Below are positions 1 through 12,500 of a DNA stretch of 64,000 bases, in pieces (position 1 is the first letter of the stretch; each line of letters opens with the position of its first letter). The notes under the pieces are model-generated. The model was not told the DNA's origin. It saw only the letters and a list, made by a program, of their open reading frames with translations, and ran no database searches. Position numbers and translations under genes: made by a program. The DNA comes from Haliotis rufescens (taxonomy: Eukaryota): assembly GCF_023055435.1 (NCBI RefSeq), contig NW_025964372.1:43710001-43774000 (forward strand), written 5' to 3'.

Positions 1-77
1 ATATAGCTGGAATATTGCTGATTATGGCGTTAAATCAACAAACAAATTATTATTTTTGTTGTTTTCTTCTTCCTATT

Positions 78-122
<45 letters not shown>

Positions 123-139
123 TTGTTGTTGTTGTTGTT
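78..139. repeat. compound microsatellite (GAT)n(GTT)n
   Basis: direct inspection. Confidence 0.95.
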
Positions 140-184
140 CCTGGCCTGGCATCTTGATCATGTGTGACAATGTTGTTGTTTCAG

Positions 185-283
185 GGTCCTCGTGGACCAA
201 TGGGCGTGATTGGCTACCCTGGACCCCGTGGGGTGAAGGGAGACTCTGGACCCAGAGGACCTATTGGTGACACTGGACCCAAG
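185..283 (+). CDS. collagen exon c1 (99 bp)
   Basis: tttcag|[18 protein letters not shown]...GPK|gtaggt. Confidence 0.93.
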
Positions 284-3200
284 GTAGGTTACACACCTGA
301 TATCACTGCAGTTCTGTTGTAATGACCAGTCAAATGTGTTCATACCCTGTGAACTGTGGCATATTTCCTGTCCATGGTGGATCATACAACTCTTGCTCAG
401 AAGTTGTTTGAGTAGGTTTACAATATTAAAGGCCCCTTTAAAGCATTCAAGCATTGTATTGAATGCAGTTATTGCATTATTTCATGTGAAAAATTGCCTT
501 GCCTTTGTATGTGTTTGTGATGGGTGTCACTGTCAGATAACACCTGGAATCATCACTATTTGATAGGCATCAAAGATTTATTCTATAGGCGGAATTGTAC
601 AAATAACTGCTTTTAGCAGAGATTTCTTATGATTATGGAAAATGTTTTCCTCCAAGTACATGGCGTAATAGTTGGCAAAGGGCGAAGGACACGTGAAGAT
701 CCAGGGTAGAATAGGACTTATGCAACCCACCTTGCAACATAAAAGGCGACTATGCTAAGAGGCGGCTAGCAGAATTGGGTGGAGAGGCTCGCTGACTTGG
801 TTGATTCCGATTGCGTGGATCAATGCTCTTATGTCAATCACTGAATTGTCTGGTCCAGACTCAATTATTTATAGACCGCCGTCATATAGCTGGAACATTG
901 CAGAGTGCGGCGTTAAACAACAAACAAACAAACAAAGCAAAGGGCTAAGTCACTGAACTGGTTAATGGTACCTAATGTATAGTGGATGACCTCACTTGAT
1001 AATGTCCCCTCCAGGCGGGCGATAACTTCATCACGGACATGACGTATCTGTGTGATATCATCCAAGCGTGTAATAATGGTATATTCTGCACACAGTGGAA
1101 ACCTGTCATTGAGTCCTATGTATTTACAAGGGTTGATTATCAGTTCTCAGCCTCACAAAGAAGCCAGAGCCCAAACACAAATCTACAAGTTCTTGATCAC
1201 TGCATGTTTCTCAAGTCCATTTTCAAAAGGTCGCAGACCCTTGCTTATTTTACTGACTTATCACAGCTAAACAATTTACTCATTTGCCTCAAATTTGTGT
1301 GGATATGCCTCTATGACATCATCCAATGTCCACAACAATAGATTTCACTGTATAGCAAACAAGGGTTGATAGATAACTTCTGAGCCTCACAGAGAAGGAT
1401 TTGTATAGCAAACGACCCGTGAAGATCCGGTGTAGAATAGATCTTCAGCAACCCATGCTTGCCGTAAAAGGCGACTATGCTTGTCGTAAAAGGCGACTAA
1501 CGGGATCGGGTGGTCAGGCTCACTGACTTGGTTGATGCATGTCATCGATCCCAATTGTGTGGATCGATGCTCATGATATTAATCACTGGATTATCTGGTC
1601 CAGACTCGATTATTTACAGACCGCCGTCATATAGCTGGAATATTGCTGAGTGCGGCGTTAAACAACAAACCAACCAACTGTATAGCAAACGTTTCTGTAT
1701 TACTACTTGGAGTCACTTGAAAAACAGAGGTGTATTGTTACACTCATTGTAATCTTGTTGAAGTGTCCTTGATAGGTAACTGTGTGTATTTCATGTTTAG
1801 GGAACTCCTGGTCTCGATGGAATGAAAGGCGGCATGGGTAACAAGGGTGACAAAGGCAACTTCGGCATCCGTGGACCCATCGGTATCGAGGGTATTGATG
1901 GCACCAAGGTACGGATTCTGTAAAATAACATTTGCGAATTCATAACTAAAATTATTTTTGCAGTTACATGTACCAATAGTTATGTTGATTATAATATGAT
2001 GTCTTAAATGTTATGATATCACATGTATATTATTTTCATTTGTAAATCGGTTGGTTTATTTTGGCAGGGAGACTCTGGTCCACCTGGTGAGGTCGGCCCA
2101 GTTGGAATGGGCGGAGAAAAGGTGAGATAATCGTTTTATGATCCCTCATGAAAAATCTAGCAATTATTTTATTAATTAAGAAAAGGATATCTTATATTCT
2201 TATATTCTTGATTTTGTACAAGCTATTTGTCTGCAGTTCCATATTCAAACAGTGTTATAATTCAATTTGTTTTGTTTTTTTGCAGGGTAGGATTGGAATT
2301 CCTGGTTTCCCTGGATACCCAGGACCCCCTGGAGAGAAGGTGTGTGATAAATTCCATATATATGTAGTCAACTTATCTTCATTCTGATTGCCTGCATTTT
2401 ATGATATTGAACTCTAGTTAGTGCAGCTTTCAGTTTGTATAACAATTTATAAAGTCAGTATCTAATCACTGACTATTTACTCTACAAAATTCAAGTTTCC
2501 ATAACCTTGCATGTTTTGCAATTTATCTAAACTAAGATGAAAGCTTTTGTTTATCATTACATATTAATTAAACAAGATGCTGTTTCTGTTGGTGAAAATG
2601 TTCTTTTCAATATTTGTGTGTTTAGGGCGAACGTGGCCGGAATGGTCGTCGTGGAAGGAGAGGAGCTCGTGGGAAGTTGGTCAGTTATCTCCCCTTATAT
2701 TCATGTACAGAGATGCCTTAAAATGTCAAATCTAATTCAGCATATCATTTGTGACTGTAAATTTATGATTTCAGCAGATTTATAATCTGCAATATTGTTG
2801 AATGTGTATCCTATTTGAGTTACTGGGCTATCTGCTTTGAATATTTATCACATAACCATGTGACCTGTCGAAATCTTTATTGCCATTAATTATTATCTGA
2901 TATGAGTTGTTTTTGTTGGAATTTATAGTTTTTGTGGTACCAACTTTGAATATTTAGTAAATGTAGGCACTTTCTTGTCAGATAACATGTTTATCTAATA
3001 TGGTGACCTGACAACGTCATTTTGTTCATGAGAAGCATTTATTGAAAAAATTACAAATGTTCTCTTTATTGCATATTTTCTTAGTAACCGCATCATCTTA
3101 CTCTGAAAACCACAATGTCATTGAGGAAGACTGAAAGGTCTGTCATGAAGTGTTATTTCACTCGAGTGAGGTATTAGTTAGGTATTATCAGATAAATATC

Positions 3201-3520
3201 ATATTTCATCACTATAACAATAACATCTAACAATATTTATGTATCCTCAAGAATGGATTTTGACCCTATAATAACTCAGATTTGTGAATGCTTTCATCCA
3301 GAATATGTTGTGTTTCAGGGAGTACACGGACCCCCAGGGGAGAGAGGCGAACATGGACCCAGGGTAGGTTAGCGGGCATGTTGGATTTTGTTTCAGGAGT
3401 GTACAACCAAACATGTGTTCTTTATCAATGGGGGTCAGATCCAATATACAAGTGGTGCTCTATGACAAATTTTCCTACAACAAAATGTCATTGTTCTTAT
3501 GGCCGCATATACAAAATAAA

Positions 3521-3569
<49 letters not shown>

Positions 3570-6500
3570 GGGGTGATCTAGACTAGCATTAAATCTCTGA
3601 AAATATGTTTAGGATATTGTCTTTTAGTATATAATACAAAGATGTCGACGGAATCTGTTGTGTTTCATCTTCCCGAGGCAAGTGAGTTAACTGACTATAT
3701 AAGTCCAGTTTCCACCCTTGCCGAACTAGGCTCATATTATGGAGTTAGATTTTGGCTGGACTAACGAGTCTATGCATAGTCCAATCAAAATCACGCACCG
3801 AAATTGAAATCCGGTTCGTAGAGTGTCATGCAGATTTCGTTCGACTGCAGGATTTGCAAAGCATGTGCACCGCTAACTCGTTGTCAACAGATATTTTCTA
3901 AATCTTTTCATGTTTTTAATCAAGGTGGTCACGTGATTTGATGCACTTCGCGATGTAAGACTCGTTTTATCACAATATAGATCTTGTTTATCGATCAGAT
4001 CGTCTTGACTGGGCGCCACCATTTTGTTTGAAACAAATGCAAGTGATACGAGAGGTTGAATCTGATTGGTCAATAGGAGAGGCATAGAAAGGACATAACT
4101 CGTAATAGCCACTGGTGGCGCGACGATAGAGCCCAGGAATTCCAGCCTAGTTCGGCAAAGGTGGAAACTGGACTTTTAAAGTCAGTTAACTCTCTTGCCT
4201 CAGGAAGATGGTTGTGTTCAAAATTAAGATATCTAGACTTGAAAAAATATTGTAGACTTGAATGGGAATTTCTGGATATTTTCTTTTCAGTGTGAGTATG
4301 AGAGACTAGGGGTGATCTTCCCAATTGATTGTTGATCTTTTCTGGGCCCAATTAGACTGTCATGTTCTTTGGATCCCCTAATTCGCACCCATTGAGTCTG
4401 TACATCTGATGATTATCATAAATCACTGGTCCTTTAGTTTTATAGCTTCATCTGGTTCCACTTAGTTGATGAAACGCTGTCTCCATTACAGCAATGGTAC
4501 CGTCCTCGTGTATGATGGACTCCCATGCACCTTCTGAACCTTGTCATAAGAGGCGACTAATGACATCGGGTGGTCAGGCTTGCACGTCATTGTATGTCAA
4601 CTGCGTGGATCGATGCTCATGATGTCAATCACTGGATTGTCTGGTCCAGACTTGATTAATTATAGGCTGCCGTCATATTGCTGGAATATTGCTGAGTGCG
4701 GCGTTAAACAACAAACAATCCTTCTGGAGAAAACATGACCGTCCAGATTAATGGTGTTTCGCTATAAGGCCAAATAATGTGTCTAGATTTGTGGCAAAAG
4801 ATGACTTTTGTTGCTATTGAGTTATTTGTTACAGGGTCAGCAAGGCGAGCGAGGAAAGCAGGGCATCCCCGGCCCACTGGGCCCCAAGGGTGATACCGGA
4901 GCTCCCGGGCCCCCAGGCTTCCAGGGAGAACAGGGAATACAGGGACAGCCCGGACCAACTGGGCTCATGGGACCTCCCGGATCAAGCGTAAGCGGCCAGA
5001 TTAGAGATTTTTTCAGCTGCAGCTACAAAACCAAATATTTTTTATTTAAGACAAAGAGCCTCAGAAAAACACTGTGCAACAATGTAATATTTGTGGCAGG
5101 CAATTTCTTTTTTTTATCAAAAGTCTGAAGCATAATTATTTTTACAAATGGTTGGTCTCATAGTGAATTATTGCAAATTGCATTAGGAAACCACATTCAC
5201 ATTCTCACTAAGCCTATATAATCACAAATCCGATGTTTCCCAAAGTAAAAAAAGTGGCATGTTATGCAAATGATAAAATCCTTTGTTTACATCATCATTA
5301 CATAATTATTATACTTAAACGTGAAGATTTGATTTATCGTCATGAATAATCATATTGATGTATTTGTTTCAATAATGGTATGATATTGTAGATATTAAAG
5401 CCTTGTTTGGACTCAGTGTTGTATAAATAATTTATCCCATGTGTTTATTTCCAGGGTCTCCCAGGAAAGGATGGTATGCCTGGCTTCAATGGTGACCGTG
5501 GTGAACCTGTGAGTATAGAGCTTCTTTTCACAGACTTGCAATCTTCCTTCTAGAAGGGATCCGATAGGGGATATTTGGGGTAAACTGCCGACTGCCTGTT
5601 GTTGCAAACACTTGCCCCCCCCCCAGGGGAACAGGGTAAGAATAGGTCCCTATCATCTATTGCTGCATGGCCTTTAGAGAGGATAGACTTGGAGCAGGTG
5701 GTTGGCTGTTTACGTGTCATCATGCCATGTCTGTTGCTCATGATTTCAGCCACTGGTTTTCCTGGTCCAAACTAAAAAATTATAAGCTAGCTGAAAAAAC
5801 TTTGCAGGATGATTTGATATGGCTGATGTATTGCTGAACAGTTGGGATAGTGAGATGGAATTTGTAACGTTCAAGATTATTTCACTTATATTGCATGCAT
5901 GCTTCTGTGTGTGTGGCTGTTTGTACTATACTGGACTTATAATGGTTTAATAGTGCAAGCAAACTGAGATACCATGCCACAGTTTAACATGGATACCCAA
6001 CTCAGACACAATATACGGACTCCAACCTGACAAGTTTCTGAGCTCAAAGCAGGGTAACAAAAAGTACCATTGTCTATGTCTTTTGAATTGACATGGCCAC
6101 AGGATTGAACCACTAACCTATCCATGGAAGTGGTCCTCTTCAAATCCACTCACTTACTCTAATACTTGTGTGCCCTATTAGTTTCCTGTATATCTACCAG
6201 TTGCAGTGTAGAACTTGTACTGTGGTAGGATGTAGTCCACCCCACTACTGTGTTGTTTGTCTCGACAGGGTCTGCCAGGATCCCCCGGCCAACCTGGACC
6301 AATCGGCGTCATGGGACCTCCTGTGAGTAAAACTCTGTATTGCCCTCAAATTGTTTAAATGTTCATATTCTTGATCAGTTTATCATCACTATCCCAGTGA
6401 TTATTCCAGACATCAGATATTCAGACACATGACATAAGTCTGTAAGAAACTCACTGATATCTAATCACGTTATAATGATTTAGAGATAAACCTGTGTTTT

Positions 6501-9500
6501 TACATTTGAGGTAGTCTAACTTTAGATTAGATACCTCTTATTTTAACTTGGAGAAGAATGGTTTCAAATGTATAGATAAGATATTATTGGATTTATTGGT
6601 GCTATCATATGTTAATAACTAATGACAACATCAGTTCTTTGTTGCAATAGTAGCAACTTTTCGGTGTAGAATGTGTGTAAAATATCATTGACTGCAGTAT
6701 TTGGTGTAATCGTCTTGTTCTCCGTTCACAGGGAGCTCCAGGAGAGCCCGGCACTGAGGGCGAGCGAGGATCCCCTGGTAACCCTGTGAGTAGTGTTCTA
6801 ATTAATCACTTTCACTGATTGGTTTCATGCAGTACCCCCTTCTGTATCTATCATGAAACTGTGATCTATTTTCTAATTATGCTTTGTCATAATAGTGATC
6901 TTGTTGGGATGCTGAGTTTAGCTTCATCATAAGGCCTGTTTCTGTTTAATTGTTGGATGGTAGATGAGCTCTTTTGCAGAATAATGTTATCATTTAGTTT
7001 ATTTGTTATTAATTATATGAAGGATACAGAAAAAAGAATGCTCAAATGTATGAAGTTTCCACTATCGTTTATTATTAACTGCTTTTTTTTAACCAATGGT
7101 CATTCTTGAATTGTTAACTACCGTATTCGATGTAATAAGCACCCCGCTCTAATAAGAGCCCACGGCAATATTTGTTAATATATTGGCTAGTGAACAATCC
7201 CAATTGGCACAACTTCTGACTGATCAATGTACACAAGACTTATTTATTCATGTATAATACGCACTCGTGTGTAATATGCATCCTTAATTATGGGCAATTA
7301 AATTCTGGAAAATATATCTGTTGTCTATAATACGCACAGACTTTTCTTTTGTATCATTTCTGGCTGTCAGCATAAACCCTGAAATTTACGATCTTTCAAC
7401 TCTGTTGTTTTCTCACTAAAATTATATTCTAATAAGAGCCCCCTTTTTCTAATTTTGAGAGCGCCCTGAGCGCTTATTACGACGAATACGGTAAGTCCAA
7501 CATTGGATACTCTCAGTGTTAGAAGCTGGGGGATCCCATGAGAGGACTGTCAACCACTAGCTATAATCAATATGTTAAATACAAGTAATGAGCAATAGTA
7601 ATTAATTACTCATATTTAGTGTATTTTCCAGATATTACATTTCAAACTGACTAATTTATTATGATTAGAATTGTAAACAAATCTCATTTTTACATGGGCT
7701 GTTATATTTTGTATACAACTATGAGGCTGTTTATGTTTAATCATGAACACCAAGTTGTTGGTCGCCCCTTTACGTGTGGAGGATGTTTCAGGGTCCACCT
7801 GGTGATACTGGTCTGCCTGGCGCTGGAGGAAAGCCTGGAGGAGAGGTATATAAGATATATACACCAACTTACTGTCATCATGTTCTTACTCATCATGTTG
7901 TCATAGTTTAGAGGGGCGGTCGGGTAGCCTAGTGGTTAAAGCGTTCACTCGTCGCGCAAAAGACCCGGGTTTGATTACCAACATGGGTACAATGTGTGTA
8001 GCCCATTTCTGGTGTCCCCCGCTGTGATATTGCTGGAATATTGCTAAAAGCAGCGTAAGGCCTTACTCATGTTTTAGAAGCATGTGACTCCCAACTTCTT
8101 TGAAGATCTAAAGAGTACTGGGGACATATTCATATAAGTTCTTTGCGTGCTTAGGAAGTCTTATGTCTGAGAAAATTGTCCTTCGAAAGTTTAAAGAGTA
8201 CCTTTATTTCTCTAAATAGCTCAGGATTTACCTTAGATACAGTGGAAATTCCCTTTGAGAGTTTTCTCATAAAATATTTCTATACTTAGTTGATTTATTC
8301 CAGATTCGGTGGAAATTCCTCTGAGAGTTTCTCTTAGGACATAGCTGAAAGTTGCTCTTAAGTAAAAATCTTAGCTAATCATTTTCTCAGACAACTTTAG
8401 CTATTTCTTAGAAGTTTCATAGAATCTTTTTGAACATGGCCCTGGTGTTTAACTGGCAGGGGTCTCATAGGCTTTTTATAGAATTAGTTTTGTTCAAATT
8501 GAAGTTTAGACAAATTCTTCTTGGTGGAGTGTTTTGTTATTTTCACTCAGATGAGAGATGTAGAGCAATTTTTAATGGTATTGGAAATTGGGGATTCGGC
8601 TTTGGGGATGTTGAAATATTAATTTTAATAAAAAACAATTGTAGAGGTTTCTTCTTTTCATCCCGATAGCATGTGTCCCGAAGCATATCATATTTTTGAA
8701 TGAAAAAAAATAATTATTTTTTAGGTCAAATGTATAGCCTCAGATTTTTTCGAGAGACATCTTGACAAAACTTGAATGTTCTTTTACTGAAATGCTGTGC
8801 GAATCCTGGATACGACTTAGTATGAGTCAGGAGTTGACCAGTGTGAGTGAATGTTTCAGGGTCCGGCTGGACCACGTGGTGAGGCTGGACCCCCTGGACC
8901 CCCCGGACACGGAGGTTTCCCCGGAGAGAGAGGATTCCCTGGACCTGCTGTGAGTATATACACTGTTTCCCTGAACCTGCTGTGAGTATATACACTGGAC
9001 CTGCAGTAGCTGGCAGAGTAATGCTGCTTTTGACATCTGTAAAACTGTATTTTTATATTTCATACAATATACCTTCTGAATGGATGTGTTAAAAATTCCA
9101 TATTTCATTAGATACCTGCCGCCGTGGCAGGTATTGAGGTGAGAATCTATGACTAGTACGTTAAAACTGAAATTCTAGAATGATTTGATATCTCTTGATC
9201 TCCTAAAAATGCATGTACTATATTCCTACAAATTAGTATATTGTGGTGTGTTTTTATACTATGTTCCTACAAACTAATATCAATTGATGTTTGATGAAGT
9301 GAGAGTATATGCTATTTTACTATAAACTAATTGATTATTGTGTTTCCATGTTGTGAGTATATATACTATATTCCTATAAACTATACACTTGCAGGGCGAG
9401 AGTGGTATTCCTGGTACAGGTGGCCCAGTTGGACCTCAAGGACCTCACGTGAGTAGTCTCCCTTTGTAACTGAATTAACAAGCTCCTTACAGCTACCAGT

Positions 9501-12500
9501 CACAGCTCCCCACTGAGATAGGTGGCCACAGCCATGTGTGGAGTTGAACTTGCAACTGAATGACCGTTATGTTTACAAACAAGCGGAGACTGTCGTGATG
9601 CCAAACTCTTCCCCCAACTAATTTATTTTGTTTGTTTGTCAATTTCAATTTCTATTTCATTTCACTGGCATGTATCAAGTCTTTGAAAAGGCCTTCAGAA
9701 GTGATAGACATAAGGAAGAAAATTTAATGATGTCAACTTCTTTATTACGAGGAACACAACATTTCGGAGTAAATGCTTACTCCTTTATTCACCTGATGAA
9801 GGAGTAAGTATATACGAGCGTACTCCGAAACATTGTGTTCCTCCTAATAAAGAAGTTGACATCCATCAATTCTCTTCCCTAACCATCATGTAATTGGTTT
9901 AGTAAGAATGTAAATTGTATGTTGATGCATTTCCGTTAATCTGCAATCTCGAACCAATCTGATTTAATTCATCATTTAAAATTCATCTGGGAAACAGTAA
10001 GTCAAATTGCTGGGTGCGGCGTAAAACATGAAACGCCCAAACCACAACCATGTATGTAATTGTGCTACAGCTTAAGAACTGTCCCTTCAACCGTCTTGGT
10101 TTTGTTGTTGTAGTGAATTCACTGGCCGTTCTGAACATTCGTAAATAAAAATGATGCAACTATAGGTCATCATGCGAAAGGATAGAGAAAAAAATAAATC
10201 AACCATAACATGTTCGAAGTCGGAGAAATCACTTGAATATATTGATTCTGAAAGTATTATCAACAAATTTGAGCGATTTCTCCGTTACAGAAATCTCTGT
10301 GGAAGTGTTTTAAGAAACAACACTTAAACTATGCAGTGCACGTGGTGTCTGTGATTCCAGTTCTGGAGACAGTGTGTTGTTGTTTCAGGGAGAGAAGGGT
10401 TCCCAGGGAGAGCCAGGCCCGGCAGGATCGACAGGCATCAGGGTAAGGAGTCCAGCAGCTTCTCAGGGATTTATCTAGACCGTCTCAGAGGCTGATGTAC
10501 GGCCCTAAGTCTGCAGCAAATGGCAGAACAAATTCCCAATTTGAATTAACAATTCCAAATTTTACTCAGAAGTTACAAAATATAAACATCAATAAAACTC
10601 AATTTTGAACAATATCAAGGGTACCCAAGATAAATCCCTGAAAGATTTATTTAAACTCACAAAAGACTTTACACAAGTTTACTGAAACTCTTGAAACACA
10701 GAAACTTGAGAGTCTTTCCTTTTTCATAAAAATGAATATGTTGATTGAAACTATGCTGTTACTTATATCCATGCTCATGTCATTTTTGTATTTATTTTCT
10801 GTGACAATTGATTATCATCTACTAATTATTTTGCGTTATCTTCCAGGGCCGTATTGGCATGCCCGGCCCACTTGGCAAGAGAGGGTTGAAGGGAGATATG
10901 GTGAGCTAACATGTCATTCCTTGATAAATCAAGCAAATAAAAGTTGGTAATAATATAATATTATTTGTAAAAAAAATTCATTGCATTTGCCATAAAGTTA
11001 ATGCATTTTTCAGTATGTGTCCATTTATGGCAAGGGATGATGCTGTGATGTAACTGAAATACTGATCAATAGTGGTTGAACATAGATAACTCACTCACTC
11101 CAATATCTAATGTGCGATGTTTGTCTTTCAGGGCCAAGAGGGCATTCCTGGTCAATCTGGAGTCCAGGGACCGCAGGGACCAAGGGTAGGTCATTATCAG
11201 TGTGTTGATTGGGTCACTAGGTCATTATTATTGTTGTTAATTTTGTTATTATTATGTTTGCATTCAAGTGATATGGCTAGGTTGCAGGGAATAAATCTTC
11301 ATAATGTGACAACGTATTTTGCAACATAGTGTGTCTAATGTTACATGTTACATTAGTGAAGAGTACAAGCTGAGGGTATTTGAATTAATTCACAAGTCTT
11401 GACAAAGGAAAGTTAATCCATAATTTAGCTATTTGAAAGTAGTTTATACTATATTATCCACAATTGGTTTTAGGATTTGCTTTTCAATTGTGGATTTGCC
11501 AGTCACATAACATCTTCTTCACTTATTAGCAGTAATACACTGACAGCATGATGATGTCACATTGCTGATAATAACATATGGAACAATGTGTATGAATCAG
11601 CCAATCAATGTGAAGTAAATATTAACTTTTGCAGTGAGAAAATAATTACACAATATCTATGCTATATCATTCTATAGTGATTATAACAGATTGTAGTACA
11701 TGTATTTGGTATGAAAAAGTTCTGCTATATACATATTACAGTAATCGTTTGTATGATGAAACTAGTGTGTGCATTTATACATGTGTTGGGCATGTTGTGA
11801 TAATGTATACATGTTCCAGGGCTACAGAGGACCATCTGGACCTGTGGGTGCCCCAGGCTTGGAGGGAGATAAGGTACGTCTTTCACCGTGTTCTTGTCGA
11901 AATAAATAAACTGACTTATTTGTTTCAGCTTCATTGCACTTGACAAGAGTCTTTAATTTCTAATCCAGGAGTTTTATTGGTACACTTTAGTTGTGACAGT
12001 GGAAACCTCTACTGATTTACCCATGGACAGAAGCCTCACAAATTTTGACACAAAGCTTTTTGTATTTTTTCTAAATGCTACAACTGTAAAGATATGGTGT
12101 ATTTAATTTTTGTTTTGACATGAACACTGAGTAGCACAAAGTAACCCTTAGGTTAAGACCGCCTCTGTTGTCTAGGGGTAGAGCGTTCACCTGTAGAGTG
12201 GAAGGCCTAGGTTCGATCCCTGGCTGTGTCATACCAAAAGACGTTAAATGATGATACTTGTTGTTGCTCTGCCTGTCCCTTGGCATTAAGAGGCTAAAAC
12301 AAGGACTGGACGACTCGGAGTCAGTATACTGTGTCTGAGTGGGGTATTCATGTTAAACTGCGGCATGGTATCTCAGTGGGCTAGAGCTATAAAATCGTCA
12401 TTAGTCAGGACTAGTACAATCAGCCACACACACACGTGCATGCACGTCACTATATAAGTGCAATAATCTTGGACAAGACGTTCAACCCCACTTCACCTCA

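Noticed and set aside
4400-4485. CTGATGA...GAAACGCTGTC possible hammerhead
   Set aside because: Stem I does not pair and stem II is misregistered.
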